NCBI GenBank assembly: GCA_030390025.1
Contig: CM059433.1
Location: forward strand, 25,422,001 to 25,486,000
Source: Squalus acanthias
Lineage: Eukaryota
DNA: 64,000 nucleotides
Direction of reading: 5' to 3'
Positions within the stretch are counted from its first letter, which is position 1; each line of letters begins with the position of its first letter. Of the stretch, positions 13,501 through 25,009 are shown one piece after another. The position numbers and the translations under genes were made by a program. Under the pieces are notes generated by a model. It was not told where the DNA came from. It did not search any database and was given only the letters and a program-made list of their open reading frames with translations.

Positions 13501-13821
13501 ACTTAGTGGCTTGCTAGATGATTTCAGAGGGCAGTTAAGAGTCAACCACAATGCTGTGGGTCTGGAATCACATAGCCTGACTGGGTAAGGATGACAGGTT
13601 TCCTTCCCTAAAGGACATTAGTGAACCAGTTGGGTTTTTACGACAATCCGATAGCTTCATAGTCACCATTACTGATACTAGCTTTTGGTTCCAGATTTAT
13701 TTAATTAACTGAATTTAAAATCACAAACTGCCATGGTGGGATTTGAACTCACGTCTCTGAATTATTAGTCCAGGCCTCTGGATTACTCATCTAATAACAT
13801 AACCACTATGCTACCGTAACC
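10576..13821 (-). mobile_element. LINE family A, near full-length copy 2 with intact tRNA-like A and B boxes
   Basis: Colinear with copy 1. Minus-strand A box TAGCATAGTGG (13803-13813) and B box GTTCAAATCC (13739-13748). A DeuSINE tail fragment is inserted at about 13180-13295. Confidence 0.9.
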
Positions 13822-13927
13822 ATAATTTTAGTATAACATTCTATCTGCATATCAGTGCAATATTGTATTCTGATTGATGACATCTAATATTTAATATGTC
13901 TAACTGATTTTAGTTACTTTTATTACT

Positions 13928-14500
13928 ACAACAACACCAACTTGCAGTTATATAGCATCTTTAACGTAGTAAAACATCCCAAGGCGCTGCACTGGAGCAT
14001 TATCAAACAAAATTTGACACTGAGCCACATAAGGAGATATTAGGACAGATGCCCAAAAGCTTGGTTAAAGAGGTAGGTTTTAAGGAGATTCTTAAAGGAG
14101 GAGAAAGAGAGGTAGAGAGGCAGAGAGGTTTAGGGAGGGAATTCCAGAGTTCAGGGCCTCGGCAGCTGAAGGCACGACCGCCAATGGTGGAGTGATTAAA
14201 ATAGGGGATTTGCAAGAGGCCAGAATTGGAGGAGCGCAGAGATCTCAGAGGTTTGTAGGGCTGGACGAGGTTACAGAGATAGTGAGGTGCGAGGTCATGG
14301 AGGGATTTGAAAACAAGGATGAGACTTTTAAAATTGAGGTGTTGCTGGACTGGGAGCCAATGTAGGTCAGCGAGCACAGGGGTGATGGGTGAACGGGACT
14401 CGGTGCGAGTTAGGATACGGGCAGCAGAGCTTTGGATGAGCTCAAGTTTATGGAGGGTGGAAGATGGGAGGCCAGCTAGGAGAGCGTTGGAATAGTCAAG
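13928..14500 (-). mobile_element. L2 LINE 3' end
   Basis: LADLHWLPVQQ..FKSLHDLAPHYL..GGRAFS..ELWNSLP is the typical L2 ORF2 C-terminus, with a (GTT)n-type tail. Confidence 0.88.
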
Positions 14501-14574
14501 TTTGTTTTGAGTATTACCAGTTCCAATCAGGGTGAAATAATGCTGACGTTAAAAGGAATGCTTGTTTCCTTCAA

Positions 14575-14830
14575 TTCACAGAATCACAGAATCCCCACAG
14601 TGCAGATAGAGGCCATTTCGGCCCATCGAGCCTGCACTGACACATATCCCACCCTATCCCCGTAACCCCACATATTTAATCCCCCTAACACTAAGGGTCA
14701 ATTTATCATAGCCAAATCAACCTAACCCGCACAGCTTTGAACTGTGGGAGGAAACCCACGCAGACACGGGGAGAATGTGCAACCCGGGTCCTTGGTGCTG
14801 TGAGGCAACAGTGCTAACCACTGTGCCACA
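14575..14830 (-). mobile_element. HE1-like V-SINE
   Basis: Minus strand: tRNA head tggcacagtggttagcact, V-domain-like ttgcacattctccccgtgtctgcgtgggtttcc, and a CR1-like tail. Confidence 0.75.
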
Positions 14831-15064
14831 TTTATTCATCGAATGATGGAGGCTCTTTAATAATGTGTGATGATTCACAAATAGGTACCATCAATGTACT
14901 TACAAATACCTAAATAATATTAATTAAAATATTTCTCTTCTATATGATAATAGGTTTAATAGCTGGACTAACATGCAGTTTCATTTCAATCTGTTGATAT
15001 CCTATGTCTAGTACTGCTGGCTTTAAGCAACTTCTTCTAATTCCAACCAACCTCCTTTTAACAG

Positions 15065-15189
15065 AACATTAGAATTCGGACTGTCAAGGGATTAGATTAC
15101 CTTTGCAGATCAGGAAGCAAGTTCCATGGAAAGATGATGGAGAAGTTTCTTCTGGTTGACTGTAAGACAGTGGTATATGGAACATACAG
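15065..15189 (+). CDS. FAM83B: FAM83B penultimate coding exon (DUF1669/PLD-like domain)
   Basis: Acceptor ttttaacag; 125 bp encoding [41 protein letters not shown]; donor ag|gtaact; splices in frame to the next exon (AG+C = Ser). Confidence 0.9.
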
Positions 15190-15239
15190 GTAACTTTTCT
15201 ATTTCAGTACATACTTTCTATGTATATATACATACAACA

Positions 15240-15560
15240 CTTGTGGGGGAGACCAAAACTAGGGGCCATGGATATAAGATAATCATTAATAAATCCAATA
15301 AAGAATTCAGGAGAAACTTCTTTACCCAAAGAATTGGTTAGAATGTGGAACTTGCTACCACAAGGAGAAGTTGAAGAGAATAGCATAGATGCATTTAAGG
15401 GGAAGCTAGATAAGTACATTAAGGTGAAAGGAATAGAAGGTTATGCAGATAGGGCTGGATGGTGTAGGGTGGAAGGAGGCTCGTGTGGAGCATAAACACC
15501 GGCACAGACCAGCTGGGCAGAATGGCCTGTATCTGTGCTGTTAATTCCATGTAGCCCTAT
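15240..15560 (+). mobile_element. CR1 3' fragment in the last FAM83B intron
   Basis: TKTRGHGYKI..RRNFFTQR..WN with a CR1-type tail. Confidence 0.8.
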
Positions 15561-15960
15561 GTCATATATATGTATTTCTATTAATAGTTAATATTGGTAA
15601 CAAAGATGAACACCAGTGATGCTCAAGCAACCTAATATCACTAAAATAACTCACATCCTGCCTTTGTTACGAAGGTTAAGAAATAGCTGGGCATATGTTT
15701 AGGCTATTAATACAGTTTCAGAGTTCAAATGGTATCCTTAAACAACATGAGCTTTGCCTTCAAGAGACATGTCATCTGCACTTGGGAGCAAGTCGCGGCC
15801 ATGCAACTCACTCTCAGCGATCCGAGATTTATTTTAAATACAACTGTGTTACTAAAAGCAAAAATGAAGTGTGGCAACTCATTTCGGAATCAATTTTGAA
15901 AGTTCAATGTGCAAGTTATTTATCTTTTCGCAACTAAATAGATGAATTATTGGTTTTCAG

Positions 15961-18148
15961 CTTTATGTGGTCCTTTGAAAAGATAAACCTTAGTATGGTA
16001 CAAGTGATCTCTGGACATCTAGTAGAATCCTATGATGAAGAATTTCGGACAATCTATGCTCGATCAGATATCCCCAGCATGTTTTCAACAGAAAACTCTG
16101 GATTATTGGGAGAAAGAAAACATTCATTATTGTGGCAAAATGGTACTTACCAACATTCAGGATCTTTGTTTGCTTCATCCTCTAGCCAGCAGCAGCCATT
16201 CAGTCGGAGGAATCCCACAAGGCATACACTTGACATATTGTATCAAAAGTTTAATGGAAGGCAAAGCGCGCATCTAAATGACAATATTGATAATAAATTG
16301 AATCCACGGAATTTGCATATTAGACCTCACATTGCAAATGGTTTGGATGCAACAAACAGAATCAGTCGTCTACAGACTTATGAGAAAAATGATTACTGGA
16401 AGAGACATAGTTATGCTGGGGAGCAGCCAGAAACATCACCATACCTTTTGCTCAATAAGGCAACAAACCCCAGACCCTTATTTCAAAGAAGTGACCAGAA
16501 TTTACGAGAAGAAAATGAAAGTGTTTCTTCTTCATCCAGAGGTGAATTTATGTCCAGATCCATTAGAAATACCTTTGACCACCTGAAACATAACCGAATA
16601 ACACCAAGCTTTGAACGGAGCTCAAATATTCGGAATACATATCATGGGCCTAAAACTCTGCACTTGTCTTCCACCCAAAAACTACCAACCCTGGAAAATA
16701 TGAAAAAGACAGGCTTACGAAACTGGAAAATTGAAACCTACCTAAATGATAATGTTGGACTGCCAATGAATTCTATCACTGACCAACTTGAAAACTCTAC
16801 TCCGAACACAATGGACAGGTTTGATAACCCAGTAGACCCCAGGATGCAAGGAAATTCAGAATTAATGAGCAGAACGGAAATTACAACCAACCCTAATTTG
16901 TCACATTCTCGGTTGCGTTCTTCACTGGTTTTCAAGACATCTGTGATAGGACAGAATGATTTCAGCAGCCATAACTCTGAATCAACAGCTTCAACTATTG
17001 GTGCAACTTTAGGCTCAACAACTCCCCGAGACCATTCAGTGAGCAGTATTGGACATTCACTGTTTAATGCAGATAAGCAGCATTCATCAGATGATTTGAA
17101 GACTCCAACTCAGGCAGGTATCGAACAGTTATCTACCTATTCATCTTCTTTTCACAATGACACTGAGCTGAATCAAAGTCCTAACCTCCAACATCAACAC
17201 AATTATAGTCAGAGATTCCAAACACATCTGACTGATCAAAAATCAACGCTAGATTACAATGACAGACAAGAATCAGGACACTCCACACTACCTATACCAA
17301 GATTTAATCCCTCTTTGTCAATCCACTCTCTAACTGATACAAAGGGAAATGAATCTCCCAAGATGTGGTATTTGGAGAAAGACACCAAAGCACTTGAGCA
17401 ACATTCAAATTTCATTAGAAAAAGCTCAGAGAAAATCAAATCTCTACTCAACAACTCACACGATAAAAGAGATCATGGTTCTAGAAGTAGAGGGTCAGCC
17501 TCATCCAATAAAACAATGAGCAGTACTGATACTTTGACCTCTGAGGATGATCATCGGGAAAGGAGAAAATTAACAAGGTACACATGGAATGAGCAAAAGG
17601 GCAAGACAGCAAGCATGTCTTCAAATTCCAGAAACACTCCAAAATTTGCTCGAGCCAATAAGCAAGGACAATCAAATCCAGATGTTTATTTGCTTGAGAA
17701 GGATATCAGGAGTGGGGGAGATGCATCAGCTCCGAGATTTGCCACAGAAGAACAACTGGACATGGGCAACAGAGAAGAGATACTGAGTTACAGTTCCTCT
17801 GCAGCATCTTCCTCTTCTCTTGTGGAGAACTCCAAACCCGAAGAGTCGAAAGACAAGATCAATACCACAAAAACACGCTACCAACCTAAAGACCGGAGAG
17901 TTTACAGTCGTTTTGAAAAAGTGTGCACAACACAAAGCAGTAACTTGAAACCAGAAGAAACAGTCCAAACTCCATCGCCAACAAAATTGACTGATAGCAA
18001 CAACACTTTTATCCGTAGTCAGTCACGCCTTAGTTCAAAATTCTCCTTGCTTCAAGGAAATCATGCACGCCAAGCACCCTCCCACAATGAAAACAGGTTT
18101 GAAAGATTTGTGCAAAAGTTTGTGGGGTCATTCAAAACTAAAAAGTAA
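15961..18148 (+). CDS. FAM83B: FAM83B terminal coding exon
   Basis: Acceptor ttttcag ends at 15960; (S)FMWSFEKINLSMVQVISGHLVESYDEEFRTIYARS completes DUF1669; long Ser-rich tail with HSRLRSSLVF and C-terminal ENRFERFVQKFVGSFKTKK resembling FAM83B; stop TAA. Confidence 0.9.
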
Positions 18149-19057
18149 GGAATTATAGCCTTGAAATTACATTGTGATATAATACTATATGAGCGCATTC
18201 CTCTGAAATTCCACATGCCGCTATTTTAGCAGATGTTAACAAGTTTAATATAACATAACACCTGCACTAAAATAGTGCTAAGAATGCATTAAGCATCAGT
18301 ACGCCATAATCCCATGTAATTTCAAGGCCGATGTGTAAAATGCAATGATGATGCTGTATGAGATATAGTGAAAGTCAAATTCTTTTGTTTGAACGGTACT
18401 ATATTTTTAGATTGCTTTAAAATAAGTAACTTGAGAAGTTTAGGATTATCAAATTTAATTTTATAGTTTTAGAATGCAGGATTTAGAGTGCTTCTTACAG
18501 TGCTGGATATGTGAACTCCTTTAAATACTGGATGTCTTTATTACATTCGGAACTCCTACCTTTTACATGGTACGCTGCTTTTTGTATGTCTCCAATGCTT
18601 TGTTTTGTAAATTAGTACGAATGGAATGTGCAGTCATAGAAAATTCTCCCGCTGATAGTTTTCTTGAAAAGCTGAAAATTGTTATTTTTGGGACAGGACT
18701 ATTGCTAGAATTTTCAATGGGTACAACCACTGAGATTTTTAATTTGTTATTGTATAAATGTTTCCGGCCTGTAAAATAGTAGTAAATCGAAGGTGCATAT
18801 AAAGTAGAAATGTTTTTGAATTACAGCTATCGATTCCATATTTTGTACAGTGGGATTTGTGAAAAGCGGGGTTGCTATATTAAACTTTGGGGATTTTTAT
18901 TAAAATCAGAAATGTCCTGGTATCATTTAATACAAAATTGAACAACATTTTGCTTCCCAATCCTTGCAGACCTAAGCTTTTGTTTTGGTTTCCTATCCCT
19001 CCAACTTTATGCTCCGCTCTCCTAAAGGTGCTGACTCATCCTGGGGTACAGTTCTAT

Positions 19058-19950
19058 GGGGGAGAAATTCAGTATCGCCCCATTTGGGGCGCAAATATCG
19101 GCTGGGCGCAAAGATTAGCGCCTGGCGCTAATTATCACCACCGACTGCAAACTTGACTTTTATCGCCCCTGGAGGTGATTGGAGCACTAAATCAGGCGCT
19201 TCACACCTGTCTTAAGGCACAAAGGCCGAGGAGTGAGGCGCTACCTCAGAGCGCTGGTGAAGCTCATGTGATGTCAGTCAGCAATGGAACACACACACAA
19301 TGGCACGGGCCAGTTCTTAAAGGGGAGGGTTGATCTTGCTTTCCATCCACATCCTGCTCATTGCAGCCTTGAATTTCGGCCTGGAGAGACCTGTACATCA
19401 AATCTGCTGGAAAGAACAGTGGAGAGTACCAGGGAAAGAGCTCAGAGTGCAGCCCCCAAAGTCTCTTCTAAATCGATACAAGGAAGGGCAAATCAAAATG
19501 AACCTGCAAAGTGCTGCTCAGTACCCAAAACTCCTTCACACAGCGTTGCATCTCTCCAGAAGTCTCTCTCGCTCTCTCTCAGAAAGCGTGGTTCAAAAAT
19601 GTCACCAACAATAAAAGGCAGGAAGCGGTCGCCTTTAAATAGCGCTCCCCCAGTCCCTTCCTGACTGCAAAACGCTCCCCTCAACCTGTCGTTGCTAGCG
19701 GCAGGCGGTAAGGCAGGGGGCGCCACTCAATATCCGCTCCGGGGCGATACCGGGGCGTTGCGCACTCGACTGACGTCACGATCTGCCGGCGCAGGAGATC
19801 ATGGTGGTAGTGTTTAGCGCCGCCGCAAAATGTCTAGTTAATTTTGCGAGCGGCGCAAACATCACCGCGCCCGGGCGCTAGATGATTTACACCCCATTAG
19901 CGCCCTCTTAAGGCGCTAACGGGAGGCGCAACCAACTGAATTTTTCCCCC
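19058..19950. mobile_element. Non-autonomous PIF/Harbinger element
   Basis: 16-bp TIRs gggggagaaattcagt / actgaatttttccccc; TAT TSD; repeated tagcgcc motifs; termini resemble the element at 47619. Confidence 0.85.
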
Positions 19951-20004
19951 TATGTGTTCTGGCTGCCTTCGAGTAACTGATTCTTTTTTTTGACCGAGTG
20001 TGGC

Positions 20005-21538
20005 TTCTTGATGCCACACTCGGTCAAATGCTGGCTTGATGGCGGAACCCAAACTGGGCATCAGTGAGCAGGTTATTGGTGAGTAAGTGCTGCTTGATAG
20101 CACTGTCGACGACACCTTCCATCACTTTGCTTATGATTGAGAATAGACTGATGGGGCAGTAATTGGCCGGATTGGATTTGTCCTGCTTTTTGTGGACAGG
20201 ACATACCTGGGCAGTTTTCCACATTGTCGGATAGATGCCAATGTTATAGCTGTACTGGAACAGCTTGGCTAGAGGCGCGGATAGTTCTGGAGCACAAGTC
20301 TTCAGCACGATAGCTGGGATGTTGTCGGGGCCCATAGCCTTTGCTGTATCCAGTGCGCTCAGCCGTTTCTTGATATCACGTGGAGTGAACCGAATTGGCT
20401 GAAGACTGGCTTCTGTGTTGGTGGGGACCTCGGGAGGAGGCCGATATGAATCATCCACTCGGCACTTCTGGCTGAAGATGGTCGCAAACGCTTCAGCTTT
20501 GTCTTTTGCACTCACGTGCTGGGCTCCACCATCATTGAGGATGGGGATATTCATGGAGCCTCCTCCTCCCGTTAGTTGTTTAATTGTCCACCACCATTTA
20601 CGACTGGATGTGGCGGGACTGCAGAGCTTTGATCTGATCGGTTGACTGTGGGGCCGCTTAGCTTTGTCAATAGCATGCTGCTTCCGCTTTTTAGCATGCA
20701 TGTAGTTCAGTGTTGCTGCACCTCATTTTTAGGTACGCCTGCTGCTTCTGGCATGCTCTTCTACACTCCTTATTGAACCAGGGTTGGTCCCCTGGCTTGA
20801 TGGTAATGGTAGAGTGAGGGATATGCCCGGCCTGAGGATACAGATTGTGCTGGAATACAAGTCTGCTGCTGCTGATGGCCCACAGCGCCTCATAGATGCC
20901 CAGTTTTGAGCTGCTAGATCTGTTCTGAATCTATCCCATTTAGCATGATGGTAGTGCCACACAACACGATGGAGAGTGTTCTCAGTGTGAAGACGGGACT
21001 TCGTCTCCACAATGACTGTGTGGTGGTCACTGCTACCAATGCTGTCATGGACAGTAGTATCTGCAACAGGTAAATTGGTGATGACGAGGTCAAGTAGGTT
21101 TTTCCCTCGTATTGGTTCTCTTACCACCTGTCACAGGCACAGACAGGCAGCTATGTCCTTCAGGACTCGGCCAGCTCGGTCAGTAGTGGCGCTTCTTGGT
21201 GATGGACATTGAAGTCCCCCACCCAGAGTACATTCTGTGCCCTTTCTATTCTCAGTGCTTCTTCCAAGTGGTATTCAACATGGAGGAGTACTGATTCATC
21301 TGCTGATGGAGGGCGGTAGGTGGTAATCAGCAGGACGTTTCCTTGCCCATGCTTGACCTGAAGCCATGAGACTTCATGGGGTCTGGAGTCAATGTTGAGG
21401 ACTCTCCTCCAGGGCCACTCCTTCCCGACTGTATACCATTGTGCTGCCACCCCTGGTGGGTCTGTGTCCTGCCTGTGGGACAGGACATACCCAGGCATGG
21501 TGATGGAGGATTTTGGGATATTTGCTGAAAGGTTCTGT
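20005..21538 (-). mobile_element. LINE family A, partial copy 3
   Basis: ORFs 20024-20701, 20729-21127 and 21160-21498 cover EN to the start of RT. Confidence 0.88.
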
Positions 21539-21539
21539 G

Positions 21540-21866
21540 AATTTTCTTTAATTCATAATGGGTGTCGCTGGCCAGGTGCTATTTTCCCTTGAGAGGGTGG
21601 TAGCAAGCCGCCATTTCAGAGGGCAGTTAAGAGTCAACTGTGGGTCTGGAGTCACATATAGGCCAGACCGGGTAAGGACGGCAGATTTCCTTCCCTAAAG
21701 GACATTAGTGAACCAGATGGGGTTTTTACGACAATCCGATAGTTTCATTACTGATACTAGCTTTTTTTTCCAGATTTATTTAATTAACTGAATTTAAATT
21801 CCCCAGCTGCCATTAGTCCAGGCCTCTGAATTTAGTCCAGTAACATAACCACTATGCTACCGTTCC
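21540..21866 (-). mobile_element. tRNA-headed SINE sharing the 5' region and 3' tail of LINE family A
   Basis: Head cggtagcatagtggttatgttactggact, body identical to the family A 5' UTR, joined directly to the family A 3' tail. Confidence 0.75.
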
Positions 21867-21985
21867 TGTTCATTCTGGGGTGCAACTCTTTGGATGTTGG
21901 ATGCCCTCAAGTACTTTGCCAAACTAATCATTCTTCATGGGTAAGCCTAGACAGTGAGTCTCAACAGGCTAACTGATCATGAGCA

Positions 21986-22211
21986 AAAGTGAGAAGTCGC
22001 ACAACACCAGGTTATAGTCCAACAGTTTTATTTGAAATCACAAGCTTTCGGAGCAGCTGCTCCTTCGTCAGGAAGTCTTCACCTAACGAAGGAGCAGCCG
22101 CTCCGAAAGCTTGTGATTTCAAATAAAACTGTTGGACTATAACCTGGTGTTGTGCGACTTCTCATTTTTGTCCACCCCAGTCCAACACCGGCATCTCCGC
22201 ATCATGGCACC
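21986..22211. mobile_element. 226-bp Penelope-derived hairpin with two hammerhead cores
   Basis: Inverted arms of about 85 bp matching the ends of 2704-4067; 11-bp TSD gatcatgagca at 21975-21985 and 22212-22222. Confidence 0.85.
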
Positions 22212-22822
22212 GATCATGAGCAGGCATTGCTGCTGCGCCTAATCTTGTCTTCACCCAAAGTTCAGCAAGAGAAGTAGGACAGTGATTGAGTGAAGAATCC
22301 TAATATTTGAAGGTTAGGGACCAATCCCATGCACATGAATTATGTTCTCTGTGGCACAAAGTTAGAAACATTAAAGGAAAACTTTCCACTTCTTGAAGTC
22401 ATTGTGTATATTTAATTGAATACATTGGTGAGAGCTAAACTAGGTTTAATAGATATCAAAGACACAAAGCACACAGATCGCCAGAGCCAGTTTTGAAAAA
22501 GGAAGAAGTTGGCCAAATTTGTCTTGGTGAGATCCCCTTTCCCTGTTGGTGTGACTGCTTAGTACAAGCCTCAGATCCAGGAGCAGCCAGATACAATCTA
22601 TTCTGAGAGTAACACCACTGCTTCGCTGAGTTAAAGTAAGTTACGGGAAGTTTATGTTCCAGCAGGAACTCCACCCTCTATATAACAAACATTTACAGTT
22701 CACTCTTTGCGTTGTACCTCTTTATTAAGACAATGGAAGCAATTTTAACTCGACTGGCCCTGCAGAAACTGAGGGGGAAAGGAAGGGCACCCAGAGCTGG
22801 AGCTCCCTGGATGATTAAAGAT

Positions 22823-23559
22823 GGGGAAAAATTCATGAGCGACCATTTGGAGTCCCTAACATCGCCGGGGCGCTAAATTTAGCGCCCGGCGAAAAAATAG
22901 CGCCGGCGATGGCTAAATTCAGTTTTAGCGCCCCTATAGGGAGGTGGAGAGCTAATTCAAGTGCTCCACTTCCTTCTTAGAGCGCTAACCCCGAATATCG
23001 GGGCGGTGCGTTTTGTAGCACTACGCACTGGGCAATGTAGCGCTGCCTCATGGAAGGGCTCTTCCCTTCATTAAAGGGGAGAGTCCAAGCCCACAAATCT
23101 ACGGGGCCCTACCTGGACCACTGGGGAGCGGGGTGCTGTGCCGGGCTGCCAGATCGCGGCAAGGACCCCGTGTTGAAAGACACAATGGGCCGCGACAAGT
23201 AAGTTGGCTGATTTTTAATTTCTCCCCGCCTGCCACCTCCTGTTTACTTAGCGCCCCGCGAGCCTCCTGCTGCTCCATTCCTGCCCCCTGAATCGGTCGC
23301 TGTCATCGCCTGGCGCAGATTATGGGGGTGCGCGTCCAATTTTGCAGGCGAGGCGAAAACGGGGTGCTGCGCACGGTGATGACATCGTCATCGCCTGCAC
23401 AGCAGAGTGGGGCGCTGCCGGTTACCGCCGCCACTAAACACCCGCTGAATTTAGCGGGAGTCATTAGCGGTGGTGCAGCCGGGCGAAAAGTCGTTCGCGC
23501 CTCCGGGGGACGCTAATGAGCCGCAAACGGGAGGCGCAAATGCACCGAATTTCTAGCCC
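22823..23559. mobile_element. Non-autonomous Harbinger-type element
   Basis: Imperfect TIRs ggggaaaaattc / gaatttctagccc; many tagcgcc/ggcgcta motifs; interrupts CR1 cleanly. Confidence 0.75.
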
Positions 23560-24163
23560 ATATAGATTAAAATGAGACAGAAAATTGTAAGGTTCATAAC
23601 ACAGTAGAAAACCAAGCTGAATATAGCAAGTGCAGAGGAGATCCAAAAAAGGAAATAAGAGGGGCAAAGAGAGAGTATGAGACTAGATTAGCAGCTAACA
23701 TAAAAGGGAGCCCAGAAGTCTTTTATAAACACATAAATAGTAAAAGGATAGTCAAAGGAAGGGTGGGGCTGATTAGGGACCAAAAAAGAGATCTTCTTGT
23801 GGAGGCAGAGGGCATGGCTGAGGTACTAGATGAGTACTTTCCATCTGTCTTCACTAGAGAAGAGGATGCTGCCAATGTACCAATAAAGGAGGAGGCAGTA
23901 GCGATATTGAATAGGATAAAAATAGATAAAGAGGATGTACTTAAAAGGTTGCCAGTCCTCAAAGTAGAAAAGTCACTTGGTCCGGACAGAATGCATCCTA
24001 GGTTACTGAGGGACGAAAGGGTGGAAATTGCGGAGGCTTTGGCCACATTCTTCCAATCCTCCTTCGATATGGGGGTGGCACCAGAGGACTGGAGAATTAC
24101 AGGGGAGAGGGTTAAACCTGGCAACTACAGGTCAGTCAGCATAACATGGTGGGGAGACATTTA

Positions 24164-25009
24164 AGGCTGGACTTTCCAAGCCCTGAAGAGGCGGACATGG
24201 AGGCGGGACAGCCAGTAAATTTGGAGAAAGTGGGGGCGGATGGCAAACCTGCCACCATCCCGCCTCCGTGCCCTTTTGCCAGGAGGCGGGAAGATGTGCA
24301 GCTTCGGGTCCCGTCTCCTGGAGGCGGGAAAGGCATTTAATCCTTTTAACTGCCCGTTAACAGGTAGTTAACAGGCAGAAAAAAGGATTAGTGCCATTTT
24401 AACTTCACAGATGAAGGCTTCCCGACCTCGGAGAACCCCGTCGGGTTGGAGGAGACGTGGAGGAGGTCGGAGGCGGTCGGAGGCACCTGGAAGTAAGGTG
24501 TAGAGGTGAGTGATGGGTGCAAGTGTGGAGTGGTAAGTATGCAAGGTGAGTGATAAGTTTTTAAAAATGTTCACTTACCTTGTTTTCTTCATACAGCCTT
24601 CAGCCGCGCTGGATTGAGAGAGCCGACATCCTCCTTGTCAATTTCACAGATTGGCTGTTGGATCCTCTGAACCAATAGCCATGTGAAATTTACAAAGTTG
24701 AAAGGTTTGATGAATCCTGAACACAAGGACTCATCAAACTAAAGAGAATGTCAGTGTTTGACAGCTTCACAGAGCTGTCAAACGTTGACATTTTTTCTTA
24801 CAAGAAGTTTTGACAGATAACACGTCTGACGTTGACGTGCTCTGTTAGTGACTTCCTCCCTAATTGGCCTGCTGAGCCCGCAGGGCGGGCTTAACAAGGT
24901 CAATCAGGGGAAAATCCCTCTGGTTGGTCAGACGAGGATGGAGGCGGGACATTGACATGACAAGCAGCAGTCCCGCCTCCAACTCATCTCCATTCACAAA
25001 AGCCAGCCC
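24164..25009. mobile_element. Non-autonomous Harbinger-type element
   Basis: TIRs aggctggacttt / aaaagccagccc; TTA TSD at 24161-24163 and 25010-25012. Confidence 0.8.

Noticed and set aside
13735..13821. Possible tRNA gene
   Set aside because: The internal duplication and lack of a cloverleaf or T-run terminator show it is a retroelement head.
15695..15960. 80-aa ORF 15695-15937 and the apparent start of the 732-aa ORF at 15950
   Set aside because: Intronic. The true exon begins after the ttttcag acceptor at 15960 and splices in frame with exon 15065-15189.
19284..19726. ORFs shared between 19.3 kb and 62.7-63.0 kb suggesting a duplicated small gene
   Set aside because: Explained by two copies of the same non-autonomous element; stops differ between copies and no domain is recognisable.
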